From an uncultured Haloferula sp. (GTDB taxonomy: Bacteria; Verrucomicrobiota; Verrucomicrobiia; Verrucomicrobiales; Akkermansiaceae), in assembly GCA_965652295.1 (NCBI GenBank), contig CBFGTS010000014.1:45794-109793 (forward strand): a stretch of DNA of 64,000 nucleotides. Direction: 5' to 3'. Below the pieces are notes generated by a model. It did not search any database and had not been told where the DNA came from. It worked only from the letters and a program-made list of their open reading frames with translations. Positions 47,020 to 60,686 of the stretch are shown one piece after another; positions within the stretch are counted from its first letter, which is position 1, and each line of letters begins with the position of its first letter. Both the position numbers and the translations under genes were made by a program.

Positions 47020-47655
47020 TCAGGCGGTTTTCTTCTTGGCGGGGCGGACGGTGACGTAGCCACCGTTGTGGCCGGGGACGTTACCGGAAACGAGGATCAC
47101 GTTGTCCTCCGGGCGCACGGCCACGATCTTGAGGTTCTGCGTGGTGCGGCGGTCGGTGCCCATGTGACCGGGCATCTTCTGGTTCTTCCAGACGCGACCG
47201 GGAGTGGAACCGGCGGCGATCGCGCCCGTCCGGCGGTGCATCATGGAACCGTGGGTCTGCTTGAGGCCACCGAATCCGTGACGGCGAACCGCGCCTTGGA
47301 AGCCACGGCCCTTGGTGGTGCCGATGACATCCACCCACTGACCGGCTTCGAAAAGTTCGGCACCGGGGTGCTCGGTCGGGACTTCCGCGCCTTCGGCGAA
47401 ACGGAATTCCTGAACCTTGTATTTGGGATTGGCACCGTTGGCCTTGAAGTGTCCGAGCGCGGGCTTGCCGACGCGGAATTCCTTCTTATCGCCGTAGCCG
47501 ACCTGCACCGCGCTGTAGCCATCCTTTTCGACGGTCTTGGTTTGCACGATCTGGTTGCCGCCGACTTCGATGACGGTGACGGGAATCATCGACTGGGTGT
47601 CCTCGTCAAACAGACGAGTCATGCCGAGTTTCTTTCCGAGTAGTCCGAGAGACAT
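47020..47655 (-). CDS. rplC: 50S ribosomal protein L3
   Basis: [21 protein letters not shown]. Confidence 0.97.
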   Translation of the reverse strand: MSLGLLGKKLGMTRLFDEDTQSMIPVTVIEVGGNQIVQTKTVEKDGYSAVQVGYGDKKEFRVGKPALGHFKANGANPKYKVQEFRFAEGAEVPTEHPGAELFEAGQWVDVIGTTKGRGFQGAVRRHGFGGLKQTHGSMMHRRTGAIAAGSTPGRVWKNQKMPGHMGTDRRTTQNLKIVAVRPEDNVILVSGNVPGHNGGYVTVRPAKKKTA

Positions 47656-47704
47656 TGCTTTTAGAAAATTGGAGGTTGAGTGAATGGAGCTGGCTCAGGG
47701 CAAC

Positions 47705-48013
47705 TCAGATACGGATGGCGATATCGACGCCGGCGGGCAGGTTGAGCTTCTTGAGCTCGTCCACCGTGCGGGCGGTCGGGTCCACGATGTCGAGCACGCG
47801 CTTGTGGGTGCGGACTTCGAACTGTTCGGCGGACTTCTTGTTCACGTGCACGGAGCGGTTCACCGAGAACTTCTCGATGCGGGTCGGAAGCGGAATCGGT
47901 CCCGCCACCTTGGCGCCGGTGCGCTTGGCGGTCTCAACGATCTCCAGAGCGGAGCGATCGATGGCGCGGTGATCGAAGGCCCGGAGGCGGATGCGGATCT
48001 TTTGATTTTCCAT
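47705..48013 (-). CDS. rpsJ: 30S ribosomal protein S10
   Basis: [17 protein letters not shown]. Confidence 0.98.
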   Translation of the reverse strand: MENQKIRIRLRAFDHRAIDRSALEIVETAKRTGAKVAGPIPLPTRIEKFSVNRSVHVNKKSAEQFEVRTHKRVLDIVDPTARTVDELKKLNLPAGVDIAIRI

Positions 48014-48056
48014 GGTGTCGGAACGGTGGCGGTTGATTCTTTGAGGATGGCTTGGA

Positions 48057-50198
48057 TCAGCGGTCGTTGATGATCTCGTCGACGATGTTCTGGGGGACCT
48101 GCTCGAAGTGCGAGGGGGTCATGGAGTAGGAGGCGCGGCCGGACGAAAGCGTGCGGACGGCGGTCGAGTAGCCGAACATCTCCTTGAGGGGGACGGCGGC
48201 GTGGATGATGGCGAGATTGCCCTTCGATTCCATCTGGCCGATCTGGCCGCGGCGGCGGGAAAGGTCTCCCATCACGTCGCCCTGGTAATCGTCCGGGGTG
48301 GACACTTCGACGCCCATGATGGGCTCGAGGAGGATCGGCGAGGCTTTCTTGAAGCCATCGCGCATGGCGAAGATGGCCGCCATGGTGAAAGCGTTTTCGT
48401 TCGAATCGACTTCGTGGAACGAACCGCCGAGGACATCGACGTGGACATCGACCACGGGATAGCCGGCGACGATGCCGTTGCTCATCGACTGCTCGACGCC
48501 TTTGAAGACGGCGTTGTGGAAATCCTTGGGAATCTCACCACCAACGATCTTGTTCTCGATGGTCAGCCCCTTGCCCTTGTCGTTGGGCTTCATGTGGAGC
48601 CGGACGTGGCCGTATTGACCGCGACCACCCGATTGCTTGACCAGCTTGCCTTCGCCATCGGCTCCGGCGGTGATGGTCTCGCGGTAAGCGATCTGCGGGG
48701 CACCGGTGTTGGCCTCGACCTTGAACTCGCGGCGGAGGCGATCGACGATGATCTCCAAGTGCAGCTCGCCCATTCCGGAAATGATGGTCTGGCCGGTGTC
48801 CTCGTCGGTTTTGACCATGAAGGTCGGGTCTTCCTCGGAGAGACGGACGAGTGCGTTGGCGAGCTTTTCCTGATCGGCCTTGGTCTTCGGCTCGACCGCC
48901 ATGGAAATGACCGGCTCAGGGAAGCTCGGGGGCTCAAGAACGACGTCGTAGCCCGGAGTGGCGAGGGTGTCGCCGGTCTGGACGTTCTTGAGCCCGACCA
49001 TCGCGGCGATGTCGCCGGCGTGGCAGACGTCGATGTCCTGGTGGGTGTCCGACTGGATCTGGATCAGGCGGCCGACGCGTTCCGACTTGCGGGTGCGCGG
49101 GTTGTAGATCGTGTCGCCCTTGCGGACCACGCCGGAATAGACGCGGAAGAAAACGAGCTTTCCGACGAATTTGTCGGCCCAGAGTTTGAAGGCGAGGGCG
49201 CAGAACTTGCCGCTGTCGGAGGTCGGGACGGTGATCTTCTCGCTCTCGTCATCGGGGTTCATGCCGACGGCGGAGGGGATGTCCAGAGGACTGGGAAGGT
49301 AGTCGAGAACGGCGTCGAGCAGATATTGAACGCCCTTGTTCTTGAAAGCGGAGCCGCCGGCGACGGGGATCAGCTGGTTGGAGATCGTCGCGCGGCGGAG
49401 GGCCTGCTTGACGTCGTCGCGGGTGATTTCCTCTTCGAGGAGGAATTTTTCACCGAGCGCATCGTCGTGGTCGGCGAGGGTGGAGACCAGCTCTTCGTAG
49501 GCCTCGGTCGCGAGCGCCGCTTGGTCGGCGTCGAGCTCGGCGACCTCGTAGGTCGAGCCGAGCAACTCGCTGTCGGAATAAAGAACGGCCTTACGGTTGA
49601 TGACGTCGATCTGGCCGCGGAGGTGATCTTCGGCGCCGATCGGGATCAGGACGCGGACCGGCTTGGCGTTGAGCTTGGTGCGGATCTCCTCGACGACGTT
49701 GTCGAAGTTCGCACCGACGCGGTCCATCTTGTTGACGAAGACGATGCGCGGGACCTTGTATTTGCTGGCTTGGCGCCAGACGGTCTCGGTCTGCGGCTGG
49801 ACGCCCGCCACGCCGCAGAAGACGACGATGGCTCCGTCCAGAACGCGCAACGAGCGCTCGACTTCGGCGGTGAAATCGACGTGCCCGGGGGTATCGATGA
49901 TGTTCACCCGGTGCTTCACGCCGTCGAAGAGCTTGAAGACACCTTCCTCTTCGTGCTGCCACCAGTCGGCGGTGACGGCGGCGGAAGTGATGGTGATCCC
50001 CCGCTCGCGCTCCTGCTCCATCCAGTCGGTGGTCGCGGCGCCGTCGTGAACCTCGCCGATCTTGTGGATCATCCCCGTGTAGAAGAGGATCCGCTCGGTC
50101 AGCGTGGTCTTTCCGGCGTCGATGTGCGCCGCAATCCCGATGTTCCGAGTCCGCTCAAGCGGAAACGGGCGATCAGGAGTCTGGACGGCGGAGCTCAT
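48057..50198 (-). CDS. fusA: Elongation factor G
   Basis: [31 protein letters not shown]. Confidence 0.98.
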   Translation of the reverse strand: MSSAVQTPDRPFPLERTRNIGIAAHIDAGKTTLTERILFYTGMIHKIGEVHDGAATTDWMEQERERGITITSAAVTADWWQHEEEGVFKLFDGVKHRVNIIDTPGHVDFTAEVERSLRVLDGAIVVFCGVAGVQPQTETVWRQASKYKVPRIVFVNKMDRVGANFDNVVEEIRTKLNAKPVRVLIPIGAEDHLRGQIDVINRKAVLYSDSELLGSTYEVAELDADQAALATEAYEELVSTLADHDDALGEKFLLEEEITRDDVKQALRRATISNQLIPVAGGSAFKNKGVQYLLDAVLDYLPSPLDIPSAVGMNPDDESEKITVPTSDSGKFCALAFKLWADKFVGKLVFFRVYSGVVRKGDTIYNPRTRKSERVGRLIQIQSDTHQDIDVCHAGDIAAMVGLKNVQTGDTLATPGYDVVLEPPSFPEPVISMAVEPKTKADQEKLANALVRLSEEDPTFMVKTDEDTGQTIISGMGELHLEIIVDRLRREFKVEANTGAPQIAYRETITAGADGEGKLVKQSGGRGQYGHVRLHMKPNDKGKGLTIENKIVGGEIPKDFHNAVFKGVEQSMSNGIVAGYPVVDVHVDVLGGSFHEVDSNENAFTMAAIFAMRDGFKKASPILLEPIMGVEVSTPDDYQGDVMGDLSRRRGQIGQMESKGNLAIIHAAVPLKEMFGYSTAVRTLSSGRASYSMTPSHFEQVPQNIVDEIINDR

Positions 50199-50247
50199 CG
50201 GGGTGGATTGCGAAACAGATGCGCGGGAAACGATTCAGCGAAGCGGA

Positions 50248-50721
50248 TTACCAGCGGAAGTGGGCGAAGGCGCGGTTGGCCTGGGCCATCTTGTGGACGT
50301 CGTCGCGCTTGCGGACCGAGCTGCCTTGGTTGTTGGCGGCGTCCTTGATCTCGTTGGCCAGGGCGACGTGCATCGGAGTGCCCTTGCGGTTGCGGGCGTA
50401 ACCCACGATCCAGCGGAGGGCGAGCGACTCGGAACGGTCGGCGGCGACTTCGAGCGGCACCTGATAGGTGGCACCACCGACGCGGCGGCTCTTGACCTCG
50501 ACACGTGGCTTGGCGTTCTCGATGGCGCGGGTGACGACTTCGAGCGGATCGACGGTGTCGACACCTTCGTTGGCCTTGTCGATGGCGGCGTAAACGATGC
50601 GCTCGGCGAGCGAACGCTTGCCGTCACGCATCACCTTGCAGATGAGGTGGCCGACGAGGGGGCTGTCGTAGCGGGAATCGCGACGATCGGGCTTGGTAAA
50701 GACTCGCTTGCGGCGGGACAT
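50248..50721 (-). CDS. rpsG: 30S ribosomal protein S7
   Basis: EVKSRRVGGATYQVP, MAQANRAFAHFRW. Confidence 0.98.
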   Translation of the reverse strand: MSRRKRVFTKPDRRDSRYDSPLVGHLICKVMRDGKRSLAERIVYAAIDKANEGVDTVDPLEVVTRAIENAKPRVEVKSRRVGGATYQVPLEVAADRSESLALRWIVGYARNRKGTPMHVALANEIKDAANNQGSSVRKRDDVHKMAQANRAFAHFRW

Positions 50722-50750
50722 GATGAAATCAGGTTGGTCGTTTCAGGAAA

Positions 50751-51134
50751 TTACTTCTTGTCGGCCTTCGGGCGCTTGGCACCGTACTTCGAGCGGCCTT
50801 GACGACGCTTGTCCACCCCGAGGGTGTCGAGAGCGCCACGAACGATGTGGTAACGGACACCCGGAAGGTCCTTCACCCGGCCACCACGCACGAGCACGAT
50901 GGAGTGCTCCTGGAGGTTGTGGCCTTCACCACCGATGTAGGCGATGACTTCGTAGCCATTGGTAAGGCGCACCTTGGCGACTTTCCGGAGAGCCGAGTTC
51001 GGCTTCTTGGGCGTCCGGGTCATGACCTGAAGGCAGACGCCACGGCGCTGCGGGCAGTTCGCCATGGCCGGCGATTTCGATTTCTCGACCGGCACGTGAC
51101 GGCCCTTGCGGACAAGCTGATTGATGGTCGGCAT
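50751..51134 (-). CDS. rpsL: 30S ribosomal protein S12
   Basis: [33 protein letters not shown]. Confidence 0.98.
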   Translation of the reverse strand: MPTINQLVRKGRHVPVEKSKSPAMANCPQRRGVCLQVMTRTPKKPNSALRKVAKVRLTNGYEVIAYIGGEGHNLQEHSIVLVRGGRVKDLPGVRYHIVRGALDTLGVDKRRQGRSKYGAKRPKADKK

Positions 51135-51481
51135 TGGATTCCTGCGGGGTTTCGATGTTTGCGTTTGGAGCGCACCGACCACCGGCGAGATTTCCCTCGC
51201 AGGAGCCTTTTTTCCGGTGCTGCACCCGATAGTAGTTAGGAGATTGTCGTGGCGTCCTGCGGTGCAGGGCGCGGATGTGGGGGCGGCGAGACTACCCGGG
51301 AAGACCGACCTGACAAGCCCTATTTCGACAATTTTCTCAACTTTTCCCAACCCCTGTTCCGCGGGTGTCGAGACAGGCTCTGACGCCCCAACCGCGAGGT
51401 TTTTGCGCGCATCCGGGACCTCAGAAGGATTGCGTGACGGCAGCCTTCGTGGATACTCCCGGCCATTCCAACCTCACATTC

Positions 51482-52102
51482 ATGAAATACCTCCGCCCCC
51501 TCGTCTTCCCGGCCCTCGCCCTGGCCGGCATCCTGCTCAGCTCGTGCGCCACGGTCAGGACCGGCACGCCGGGAACCTCGTTCTCGTTCGACCCCAAGGT
51601 CACCCAGCCGACCAGCATTTCCGCCGTCAAGGTCCACCTCAGCACCGGAGCCCAGCGAATCTATGTGGTGGAGAACGGCAAAGTGCTTCTGGCTTCGCCC
51701 TGCTGCGTCGGCACCACCGCCACCCCCACCCCGAAAGGCACCTTCCCGATCCGGAACAAGGTCAAGTACCGCCGTCGCGCCAGCCAACCGGGCGCGGGCT
51801 ACCCAATGACCTACTGGCTGGAGTTCTACAGCCCTTCCTACGGCATGCACTGGGGTTTCGTGAAACCCTACCCGGCCACCCATGGCTGCGTCCGCATGCC
51901 CCTGAACACGGCCCGCAAGATGTTCGACATGGTCCGGGTCGGCACTCCGATCCACATCGCCAGCAGCCAACCTTGGGATGCCACCATCGGCAAAACCCTC
52001 CCGATGCTGGATGACGGCCCTCTGCCGAACCCGCCCACCTCCTACCTCAACGGTCCGCAGGTCTTCCGGGATCACGATCAGGGAAAAATGTGGAACTTCT
52101 GA
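51482..52102 (+). CDS. L,D-transpeptidase (YkuD) family lipoprotein
   Basis: Lipobox LSSC, TP.GTF, GMHWG...ATHGCVRM. Confidence 0.88.
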   Translation: MKYLRPLVFPALALAGILLSSCATVRTGTPGTSFSFDPKVTQPTSISAVKVHLSTGAQRIYVVENGKVLLASPCCVGTTATPTPKGTFPIRNKVKYRRRASQPGAGYPMTYWLEFYSPSYGMHWGFVKPYPATHGCVRMPLNTARKMFDMVRVGTPIHIASSQPWDATIGKTLPMLDDGPLPNPPTSYLNGPQVFRDHDQGKMWNF

Positions 52103-52134
52103 GATCGGCTACAGCCCGAGAAAACCTCTCAACG

Positions 52135-52165
52135 AAAGGCGCTGCATCCTTGCAGCGCCTTTTTT
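52135..52165 (+). terminator. Intrinsic terminator
   Basis: AAAGGCGCTGCA-TCCT-TGCAGCGCCTTTTTT. Confidence 0.85.
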
Positions 52166-52186
52166 CATAAGGGGTCCCCGCCGTAC

Positions 52187-52215
52187 AAAAAAAGGCACCG
52201 CTCATGGCGGTGCCT
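52187..52215 (-). terminator. Intrinsic terminator for the desaturase gene
   Basis: AGGCACCGC/GCGGTGCCT stem with an A-tract on the plus strand (U-tract on minus). Confidence 0.8.
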
Positions 52216-52250
52216 CTTCTGCTTTAAACCTTCCTTCTCGGGAGGCCACC

Positions 52251-53357
52251 TCACGCCGGCAGGGGCGTCAGCTGGCTCAAGGCGGCCAGCAGCTCGCGAG
52301 CCTCGCGGCGCCAGTTGTCGAGAGCCTTGCCGGACATCTCGGCCCGCTCGGAGACGGCCTTCTCCAGCTCGTGGTAGGCCATGGAAAGCCGCTCCTGCAG
52401 TTCGTGCACGGTGGCGAGGGCCTTTTCACACACGGACGCGCCGGATTCGTTCAGGTGGGCAAGCCGCTCGTCGGCCTGGCGTCGGGCTTCGGCAATCTCG
52501 GCGAGGGCGATTTTTTCCTCGGGCACCGTGCGGAGATCGGAGACCAGCCCCAGCTTCGCCAGCAGCCAGATCGCCCACTTCGTCGGATCGAAGTTCCACG
52601 GCTTCACGCCGTTGCGATAGTCGTGCTGGAAGGCGTGGTGGAAATTGTGGTAGCCCTCCCCGAAGGTGAAGAGCGCCATGATCGCGCTGTCGCGGGCGCT
52701 GTTGTTCGAGGAATACGGCTGGCGGCCGATGGTGTGGCAGAGACTGTTGATGAAGAACGTGCACTGCTGGACGACGAACACCCGCAGCGCGCCAGCGATG
52801 AGGAAACCACCCAGAGCACCGGTGGCACCGCCATGGAGGTAACCGAGGGCGGCGGGAAGCGCCAGACCCACGAGGAGCGCGATCAGCTTGTCAAACCGGT
52901 GCTGCCACATGACCAAGCGGTCCTTGCGAAGGTCCGCCACGTTGTCAAGCGGAGGCTCGGGCAAGACCTTGAACAGAATCCAGCCAATGTGCGCCCAGAA
53001 GAAGCCGTTCTGGATATTATAAGGATCGTCGTCGTGATCGACGTGCTTGTGATGCCGGCGGTGATCCGAGGCCCAGTTCAGCGCCGAGTTTTCGAACGCG
53101 CAGGCACCGAATACCAGCGTGAAGAACCGCACCGGCCACTTTGCCTTGAAGGAAAGGTGCGAGAATAGCCGGTGGTAGCCGAGGGTGATGCTCATCCCCG
53201 TCGCGAGGGAGTAGAAAACGAACATCCCGATCTGGAACCCGTTGATCCCGTTCTTCCAGATGAAATACGGGGCCGCGATGACCGCGACGAGGGTGACGAG
53301 GAGGAGGAAAGCCGTGTTGAGCCAGTCAACCCGCTTGTAAGGAATGCGAAGCGCCAT
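52251..53357 (-). CDS. Delta-9-type membrane fatty acid desaturase
   Basis: His boxes HRLFSH, HRRHH, HNFHH; GEGYHN; DPTKW. Confidence 0.93.
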   Translation of the reverse strand: MALRIPYKRVDWLNTAFLLLVTLVAVIAAPYFIWKNGINGFQIGMFVFYSLATGMSITLGYHRLFSHLSFKAKWPVRFFTLVFGACAFENSALNWASDHRRHHKHVDHDDDPYNIQNGFFWAHIGWILFKVLPEPPLDNVADLRKDRLVMWQHRFDKLIALLVGLALPAALGYLHGGATGALGGFLIAGALRVFVVQQCTFFINSLCHTIGRQPYSSNNSARDSAIMALFTFGEGYHNFHHAFQHDYRNGVKPWNFDPTKWAIWLLAKLGLVSDLRTVPEEKIALAEIAEARRQADERLAHLNESGASVCEKALATVHELQERLSMAYHELEKAVSERAEMSGKALDNWRREARELLAALSQLTPLPA

Positions 53358-53507
53358 GGTTTGAATAATATGAAATCAGCCCGGGACTGAGAACGCCCGG
53401 TGCGCCGGAAACCTACAGCTAAAAAGCCCTCTGACCAGCTTCAACTTTTCGATTCGACCGATTGCCGAGCCGCTCTCCTCACGCAAATTCCAGCATCGAA
53501 GAAATGC

Positions 53508-53597
53508 TGGCGGACAGGGAGGGATTCGAACCCTCGGTACTCTTTCGAGCACACACGCTTTCCAGGCGAGCCCATTCGACCACTCTGGCACCTGCCC
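53508..53597 (-). tRNA. tRNA-Ser (anticodon GGA)
   Basis: GGGCAGG/CCTGTCC acceptor stem, CTGGAAA anticodon loop, long variable arm, GGTTCGAATCC, encoded CCA. Confidence 0.96.
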
Positions 53598-53775
53598 TGC
53601 GGAAGGGCGCGCACCCTAATGAGGCGCTTCTACCTTGGCAAGCGAATCTCTCAACTTTGATTCCTTCCGCCGCGCAGGACGTCGCACCGCGCCATTCTGC
53701 CCGCCACCCCCCGCGACAGGATGTCACTTTGGCACCGCCGGCGAGGCCACCGAAAAGCGCATGACACAGACGTAG

Positions 53776-55830
<2,055 letters not shown>

Positions 55831-55899
55831 TCCCCTTTCCGCCCCGCGCCATGCGCGGGGCGGCTTTCAACCAACAACCAAACAACAGAAACCAACAAC

Positions 55900-56190
55900 A
55901 TGGCTAGCATCCAACCCCTCGGTCAACGCGTGCTCGTGAAGCGCCTTGCGGCTGAAGAAGTTTCCGCCGGCGGCATCGTGCTCCCCGACACCGCAAAGGA
56001 AAAACCGCAGGAAGCCGAAGTTGTCGCACTCGGCACCGGCGGCAAGGACGACAACGGCAAAGACATCGCCTTCTCCGTAAAGGCTGGTGACAAGGTCCTC
56101 ATCTCCAAATACGGCGGCACCGACGTGAAAATCGACGGTGAGGAATACCTCATCCTCTCCGAGTCCGACATCCTCGGCATCGTCTCCTGA
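55900..56190 (+). CDS. groES: Co-chaperonin GroES
   Basis: [26 protein letters not shown]. Confidence 0.98.
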   Translation: MASIQPLGQRVLVKRLAAEEVSAGGIVLPDTAKEKPQEAEVVALGTGGKDDNGKDIAFSVKAGDKVLISKYGGTDVKIDGEEYLILSESDILGIVS

Positions 56191-56223
56191 TCCCAATCCA
56201 TCATCATCAATCTCAAATCGTAA

Positions 56224-57867
<1,644 letters not shown>

Positions 57868-57914
57868 GTGCCATCCGTGGCGGCGGATTTCATCCGCCAC
57901 GCCAACCGAATCCC

Positions 57915-57945
57915 GGCCGGGCAGCGCAAGCTGCCCGGCCTTTTT
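57915..57945 (+). terminator. Intrinsic terminator after groEL
   Basis: GGCCGGGCAGC-GCAA-GCTGCCCGGCC-TTTTT. Confidence 0.88.
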
Positions 57946-57951
57946 CGTGGA

Positions 57952-60609
57952 TCACTCTCCTGCACGAACCCGCAGGAAAACCCGCTCCTCTCCCACCGGC
58001 AGCGGGAATTCCACCTCACTTCCGCCACCTTCCACCGCCGCGGAATGATCCCAGCTCGACAAATCATCGCACCATTCGACGACGTAGAGAATCCCCTCCG
58101 CGCCCGGAAATCGAAGCATGTCGCCCTCGACCCGCAGATCGAACGCAGAAGCCGGATCAAACGGATCGCTGCCAAACGCCAGCTCGTAGACATCCGGCTG
58201 ACCATCGTTGTCGTCGTCCGCGTCGTCTTCGTCGGCAACGCCATCGAGATCCGCGTCGCCGACTGCCGTGATGGCGATATCGTCCACCGCCAAGCCTTGG
58301 AAACCCCGGCCTGATGCATCCATCACCTGACCATGGTTCAATGAACCGGGGCTGTGGGGAATGCCGTCCGTTTTCTCCCACGTGAAATCCGCCGCCTCCG
58401 CACCCGAGCCCGTCATTCCGATGGCCGACGTTCTTGCCAATTCATGGCCGGACTGACTCACTCCGACGCTCGCGGACACCATTCCCTCCGCCGGCCCGTC
58501 GGTCGCGACAAAGGTGCCTTCGTAGGAAATGAACTGCTCCACCGTTCCTCCCGCCGTCAGCGCCAAGCCATCAGGGGAGCCATTTTGAATCCCCGAGATC
58601 GCCTTCCAGAAAAGGGAATAGCCATCGGAAGTCGTCTCTCCCTGAGTGAATTCCGACAGCGGGTGACTTCCGTAAACCCCGCCATCCGCTCCATTATAAA
58701 GCCAGAGCGTCAGGTCGGAAACATCGCCGCCTCTTCCCGGCCCCACCACCACTTCGACGAACTCATCCACGTCCGCGCCTTCGTTGTCATAGTGAAACTC
58801 GTTGATCCACACCTCCGACGAAGCCGGGATGGCCTCCCCGTCGACGGTGAAACGAAAGCGCACCTTCAATGAATCGTCGGGCGGAAGGTTGAAGCCCGTC
58901 ACGCGGGTCGAGTAGCGAGTGGAATCGCCTCCTGCGACCGGTCCCGAGGGCAGGTCTCTCCTCGCATCATGGGTCAACGCCGGAAGCGGAACCGCCGCAC
59001 CTTCGACCACCAGCTCCACCTCCATCCCAGCGGCCGCCCCGTTGAAGGCTGACCTCCATTGCTCGGCATCATAGGCCACGTCCAACATCGTCAGCGGCAG
59101 CCCGGTTGCATTCGTCACCGTCGCCTCGAAAGCAACGGCTTCGCCATACACTCCCAGGCTCCCGTCGCCCGCCGCCCCATAGGAGCGCCCGCCCGCGAGC
59201 GGCAACGCACCGGCATCCATGCCCCGCCACGCGGAGACGCCGCCGGTGCCCGGAGTCACCAGCCAAGGTGCCGCTTCATGATCACCGCCGAAGCCTTCAA
59301 ACGCCTCGATCACCGGCTCATCCACTCCGGTGAGCTGGTAAGCTCCGTCCCGATCCACCACCGTCACCAGGGTCGTCGCCGGATCGAAGCCCCCCGCCAC
59401 CGCCGTGAAAGTGAAATCCCGCGCCGGACCCGAGACAAAATCCCGAGGCACGGTGAACGTCGTGCTTCCCGAGGAACCACCGACCGGAATGGTGAGTTCC
59501 GTCTCCTCGAACACCGCACCCCCCTCGTCCGCCGATAGCTCGACGATCACCTCCGACGCCAGCACCTGCGGCAGGGTGACCGTCAACAGCACGTCCTCAT
59601 CCCCCTCCACCATGGAGGTCTTCGATGCCGCCAGCCCCAAGCTGCCCAGGTCCGGATCGAGCTCGAAATCCGCGAACACCGCATAGTGATCGGATGCCTG
59701 CGCACTCGCCCCGGCCGCAGGCAGCGGCCCCGGCTTCGCCAGACCACCGCCCATGCTCACGTCGGTGGAGGAAACATACACCTCCGAGGCATGCGGACGG
59801 GACGCCAGCGCCGGAGAAACGAAGACCAGGTCGAGCGTCTGGCCGAACTCATACGTCCCGTCGTCGCCACCCAATTGCCGTGGGTCCAGGAGCGAGGGCG
59901 TCACGCTCCCGAAATAGCTGAGCATCTGCGGCGAATAAACCACCGGCAGCGAAACGTCGTCGCCCAGATCATACGTTCCCGGCAGTCCCGACGGCAGCGC
60001 GCTGAACGTGGTCGTGGAGGACGAGGGATTGAAATCGCCCAGCACGATGAAGTTGTCCGTTTCGGTGAAACCGGAGGCGTCCAGATAGGCCGCCAGCCGC
60101 CGCATCTCGATCGCCCGCCGGAAGCGATCCGCGGTGGCCGTGCCGGACTTCAGATGGGAGGAAATGATCAACGGATCCGCAGTCGTTCCCGGTACATCCA
60201 CCACCACTGCCGGGCAATGGCGGGCGATCTCCTTCGCTCCCACCGGCGAGGTGATCGATTCGGTCATCAGAAAGGGAAACCGCGACAGGATGACCACCCG
60301 CAGGCTGGTGTCGAAGTTCCCCGTGTTCGATCCAGCGTGGAGATACGGCAGACCGAGGGTCCCGGCAAGTTGCTGCACCTCGCCATCGAGATCCGAGGTG
60401 TGCACCTCCTGCAACGCCACCACATCGGCATCGATCCGCGCGAGGATCGCCGCCACACTGTCGTGATCCACCGTCCCCGGATCGCCCAACGCATAGTCCG
60501 GCCAGCCGTCCTGGTTGCGGTGTGTTTCGATGTTGAAAGTGACCACCCGCAAGCTCGTGGCCGAAGCCACGAGCACTCCCAGCATCAGGCCAACCACCAC
60601 CCCGCGCAT
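57952..60609 (-). CDS. Exported endonuclease/exonuclease/phosphatase-family protein with lamin-tail-like domain and acidic repeats
   Basis: RVVTFNI, ADVVALQEV, VLGDFN, SDH; later WINEFHYDN...EFVE and QNGSPDG; DADLDG/DDDNDG repeats. Confidence 0.85.
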   Translation of the reverse strand: MRGVVVGLMLGVLVASATSLRVVTFNIETHRNQDGWPDYALGDPGTVDHDSVAAILARIDADVVALQEVHTSDLDGEVQQLAGTLGLPYLHAGSNTGNFDTSLRVVILSRFPFLMTESITSPVGAKEIARHCPAVVVDVPGTTADPLIISSHLKSGTATADRFRRAIEMRRLAAYLDASGFTETDNFIVLGDFNPSSSTTTFSALPSGLPGTYDLGDDVSLPVVYSPQMLSYFGSVTPSLLDPRQLGGDDGTYEFGQTLDLVFVSPALASRPHASEVYVSSTDVSMGGGLAKPGPLPAAGASAQASDHYAVFADFELDPDLGSLGLAASKTSMVEGDEDVLLTVTLPQVLASEVIVELSADEGGAVFEETELTIPVGGSSGSTTFTVPRDFVSGPARDFTFTAVAGGFDPATTLVTVVDRDGAYQLTGVDEPVIEAFEGFGGDHEAAPWLVTPGTGGVSAWRGMDAGALPLAGGRSYGAAGDGSLGVYGEAVAFEATVTNATGLPLTMLDVAYDAEQWRSAFNGAAAGMEVELVVEGAAVPLPALTHDARRDLPSGPVAGGDSTRYSTRVTGFNLPPDDSLKVRFRFTVDGEAIPASSEVWINEFHYDNEGADVDEFVEVVVGPGRGGDVSDLTLWLYNGADGGVYGSHPLSEFTQGETTSDGYSLFWKAISGIQNGSPDGLALTAGGTVEQFISYEGTFVATDGPAEGMVSASVGVSQSGHELARTSAIGMTGSGAEAADFTWEKTDGIPHSPGSLNHGQVMDASGRGFQGLAVDDIAITAVGDADLDGVADEDDADDDNDGQPDVYELAFGSDPFDPASAFDLRVEGDMLRFPGAEGILYVVEWCDDLSSWDHSAAVEGGGSEVEFPLPVGEERVFLRVRAGE

Positions 60610-60686
60610 GCGCGACGCCTACACGCCCCCGGCTCCCGGGTCCATGCGCGTTTCGGAGCCCGTGGTCGTTCCCCTGCCCGAGGAAC

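Noticed and set aside
53508..53597. tRNA-Ser as an island integration site
   Set aside because: No adjacent integrase and no duplicated 3' end seen in the window
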